DNA of 64,000 nt from Azolla caroliniana (Eukaryota > Plantae > Polypodiophyta), in contig JBHGNT010000009.1 in the NCBI GenBank assembly GCA_043228905.1, positions 17,360,001 to 17,424,000 on the forward strand. The letters run 5' to 3'. The notes below the pieces were generated by a model that had not been told where the DNA came from, searched no databases, and saw nothing but the letters and a program-made list of their open reading frames with translations. Of this stretch, positions 62,621 to 64,000 are shown piece by piece. Every line of letters starts with the position of its first letter. Within the stretch, counting starts at the first letter, position 1. Position numbers and translations under genes: made by a program.

Positions 62621-64000
62621 TTAGCCTTCGTCCAAGATATCTAGAATACTTTGCTCTAGGGTATCCAATGGTTGTTCGGAACTCTGTTGTTGTTGTTGTT
62701 GTTGCTGCTCCGGCTCCTTCGACTGTTGCTCCTTAGATGGCGTCTGTTTGGCTCCCGGTACCGGCGGTTGTGGCGGTGATTCCTCCGTTAGCTGCTCCGC
62801 CGGATGTGACTCCGGTTGACTTGCCCCAGCCTTGTCTCCGTCCGGTCCTTGCTTCGATGATGGCTCCTCATCGCTAAGGTTGACGGTCGCCGCCTGCTTT
62901 GCTTCTTCTCTCCGTAGCCTGGTCCGCTGATAGCTCTCAAACTGGATTTGAGCATCCAGCCGATCATCGTCTAGCTGTGCTACCAGTTTCCGGACCACTG
63001 CTGACTGTTCTTCCGCCAGAGTTATAAACTCTTCGGCTAGCTCATCTCTTACGGCGGTGAAGTCCTCCTTTGTTAGCATGTAGCAATCGTCGCCATCCTT
63101 CTGCCGGTTTTCCGCGTCCACCATTAGCAACTGAAGCTCGGTTGTGTGCTTTGCCCATTTGTCCCACCATTGCGCGGAGCTCTCATCAATCAAGCGTTTG
63201 GTCTTGTTTCTCCAAGCGGAAACTCTTCGGCTAGCTCATCTCTTACGGCGGTGAAGTCCTCCTTTGTTAGCATGTAGCAATCGTCGCCATCCTTCTGCCG
63301 GTTTTCCGCGTCCACCATTAGCAACCGAAGCTCGGTTGTGTGCTTTGCCCATTTGTCCCACCATTGCGCGGAGCTCTCATCAATCAAGCGTTTGGTCTTG
63401 TTTCTCCAAGCCTGGACAATGAACTGGATCCGCTCCAATCCCATCTTCGATTTATCCTCCGCGGCTTGCCGTTCGTCCTTCAACTGCTTGATCAGTGCCA
63501 CCGTATCCACCTCCTGCTCTCGGTAATGTGACAATTCGGTTTGATAGGTATTTTGCAGCCTTTGCAATACCATTGTCGCTCTTTCCTTCTCTTCATAATG
63601 CTGCTTATGGAGCTCCATCCGTTCTTGCGCGGCTTCCTCCAGCAGCGTGGTTCTTTCAGCCCGTTCCTCCGCCAGCACCGTCTCAACTCGATGCACCTCC
63701 TGCCGGAGCTCTGCCATCTTCTCCTGCTATTTCTTATGCTCCGTATCCAGGTGCTTGTAGTCCCGGTGCAAGTGCTCAAAATCATCGGTCTTCTGCTTCA
63801 GCTTTTGGTTGAGTTACCAGTGAGCGCGGTCTTCCCGATCCTTCTGTTGACGGAGTTCTTCTTTCAGTCTTTCGATCTCTGTTTTCGCCATCCGTCGCAG
63901 CTTCTCCTTTTCTTGCAGCGCCTTCTCTTTCTCCTCCTTCAGCCGGTCATAGGCCTGATGTCCTTTCCGCAGATTCTCTTTTGCCCGACGGAGGTTCTCA
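62621..64000 (-). pseudogene. 3' part of a long coiled-coil ORF, probably from a mobile element, frameshifted by a 192-bp tandem duplication (63026-63217 / 63220-63411)
   Basis: E/K/R/Q-rich heptad-like translation, poly-Q near the C-terminus, GC-rich and intronless. No family motif recognised. Confidence 0.5.

Overview
Eukaryotic, transposon-dense genomic DNA, most likely from a seed-free land plant (a fern or relative; inferred from GT-AG introns, a PLS-type PPR motif fragment, a plant tRNA-Trp primer site and Tcn1-like chromoviruses). It holds one apparently intact host gene, the 9-exon NEDD8/RUB-activating enzyme catalytic subunit (UBA3/ECR1, minus strand, 22244-31469). Almost everything else is nested mobile DNA. 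The main result is a DNA transposon present in two decayed, inverted copies (8532-17710 and 37697-61179) with 34-bp CAC...GTG terminal inverted repeats. Each copy carries a Sola1-like DDD transposase and, divergent from it, an intron-containing gene that fuses a ParB/Srx-like domain to a bacterial-type beta-class amino (N6A/N4C) DNA methyltransferase. Intron 1 of that gene holds an array of 27-bp palindromes with a 51-bp period (about 15 units in copy 1, 3 in copy 2), a candidate parS-like or methyltransferase binding array. Also present: a second, Sola2-like transposon with RING cargo, a full-length self-priming chromovirus, a tRNA-Trp-primed gypsy element with 4-bp TSDs, solo LTRs, RTE-like LINE fragments and microsatellites. 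Domain calls come from motif recognition by eye; no searches were run.
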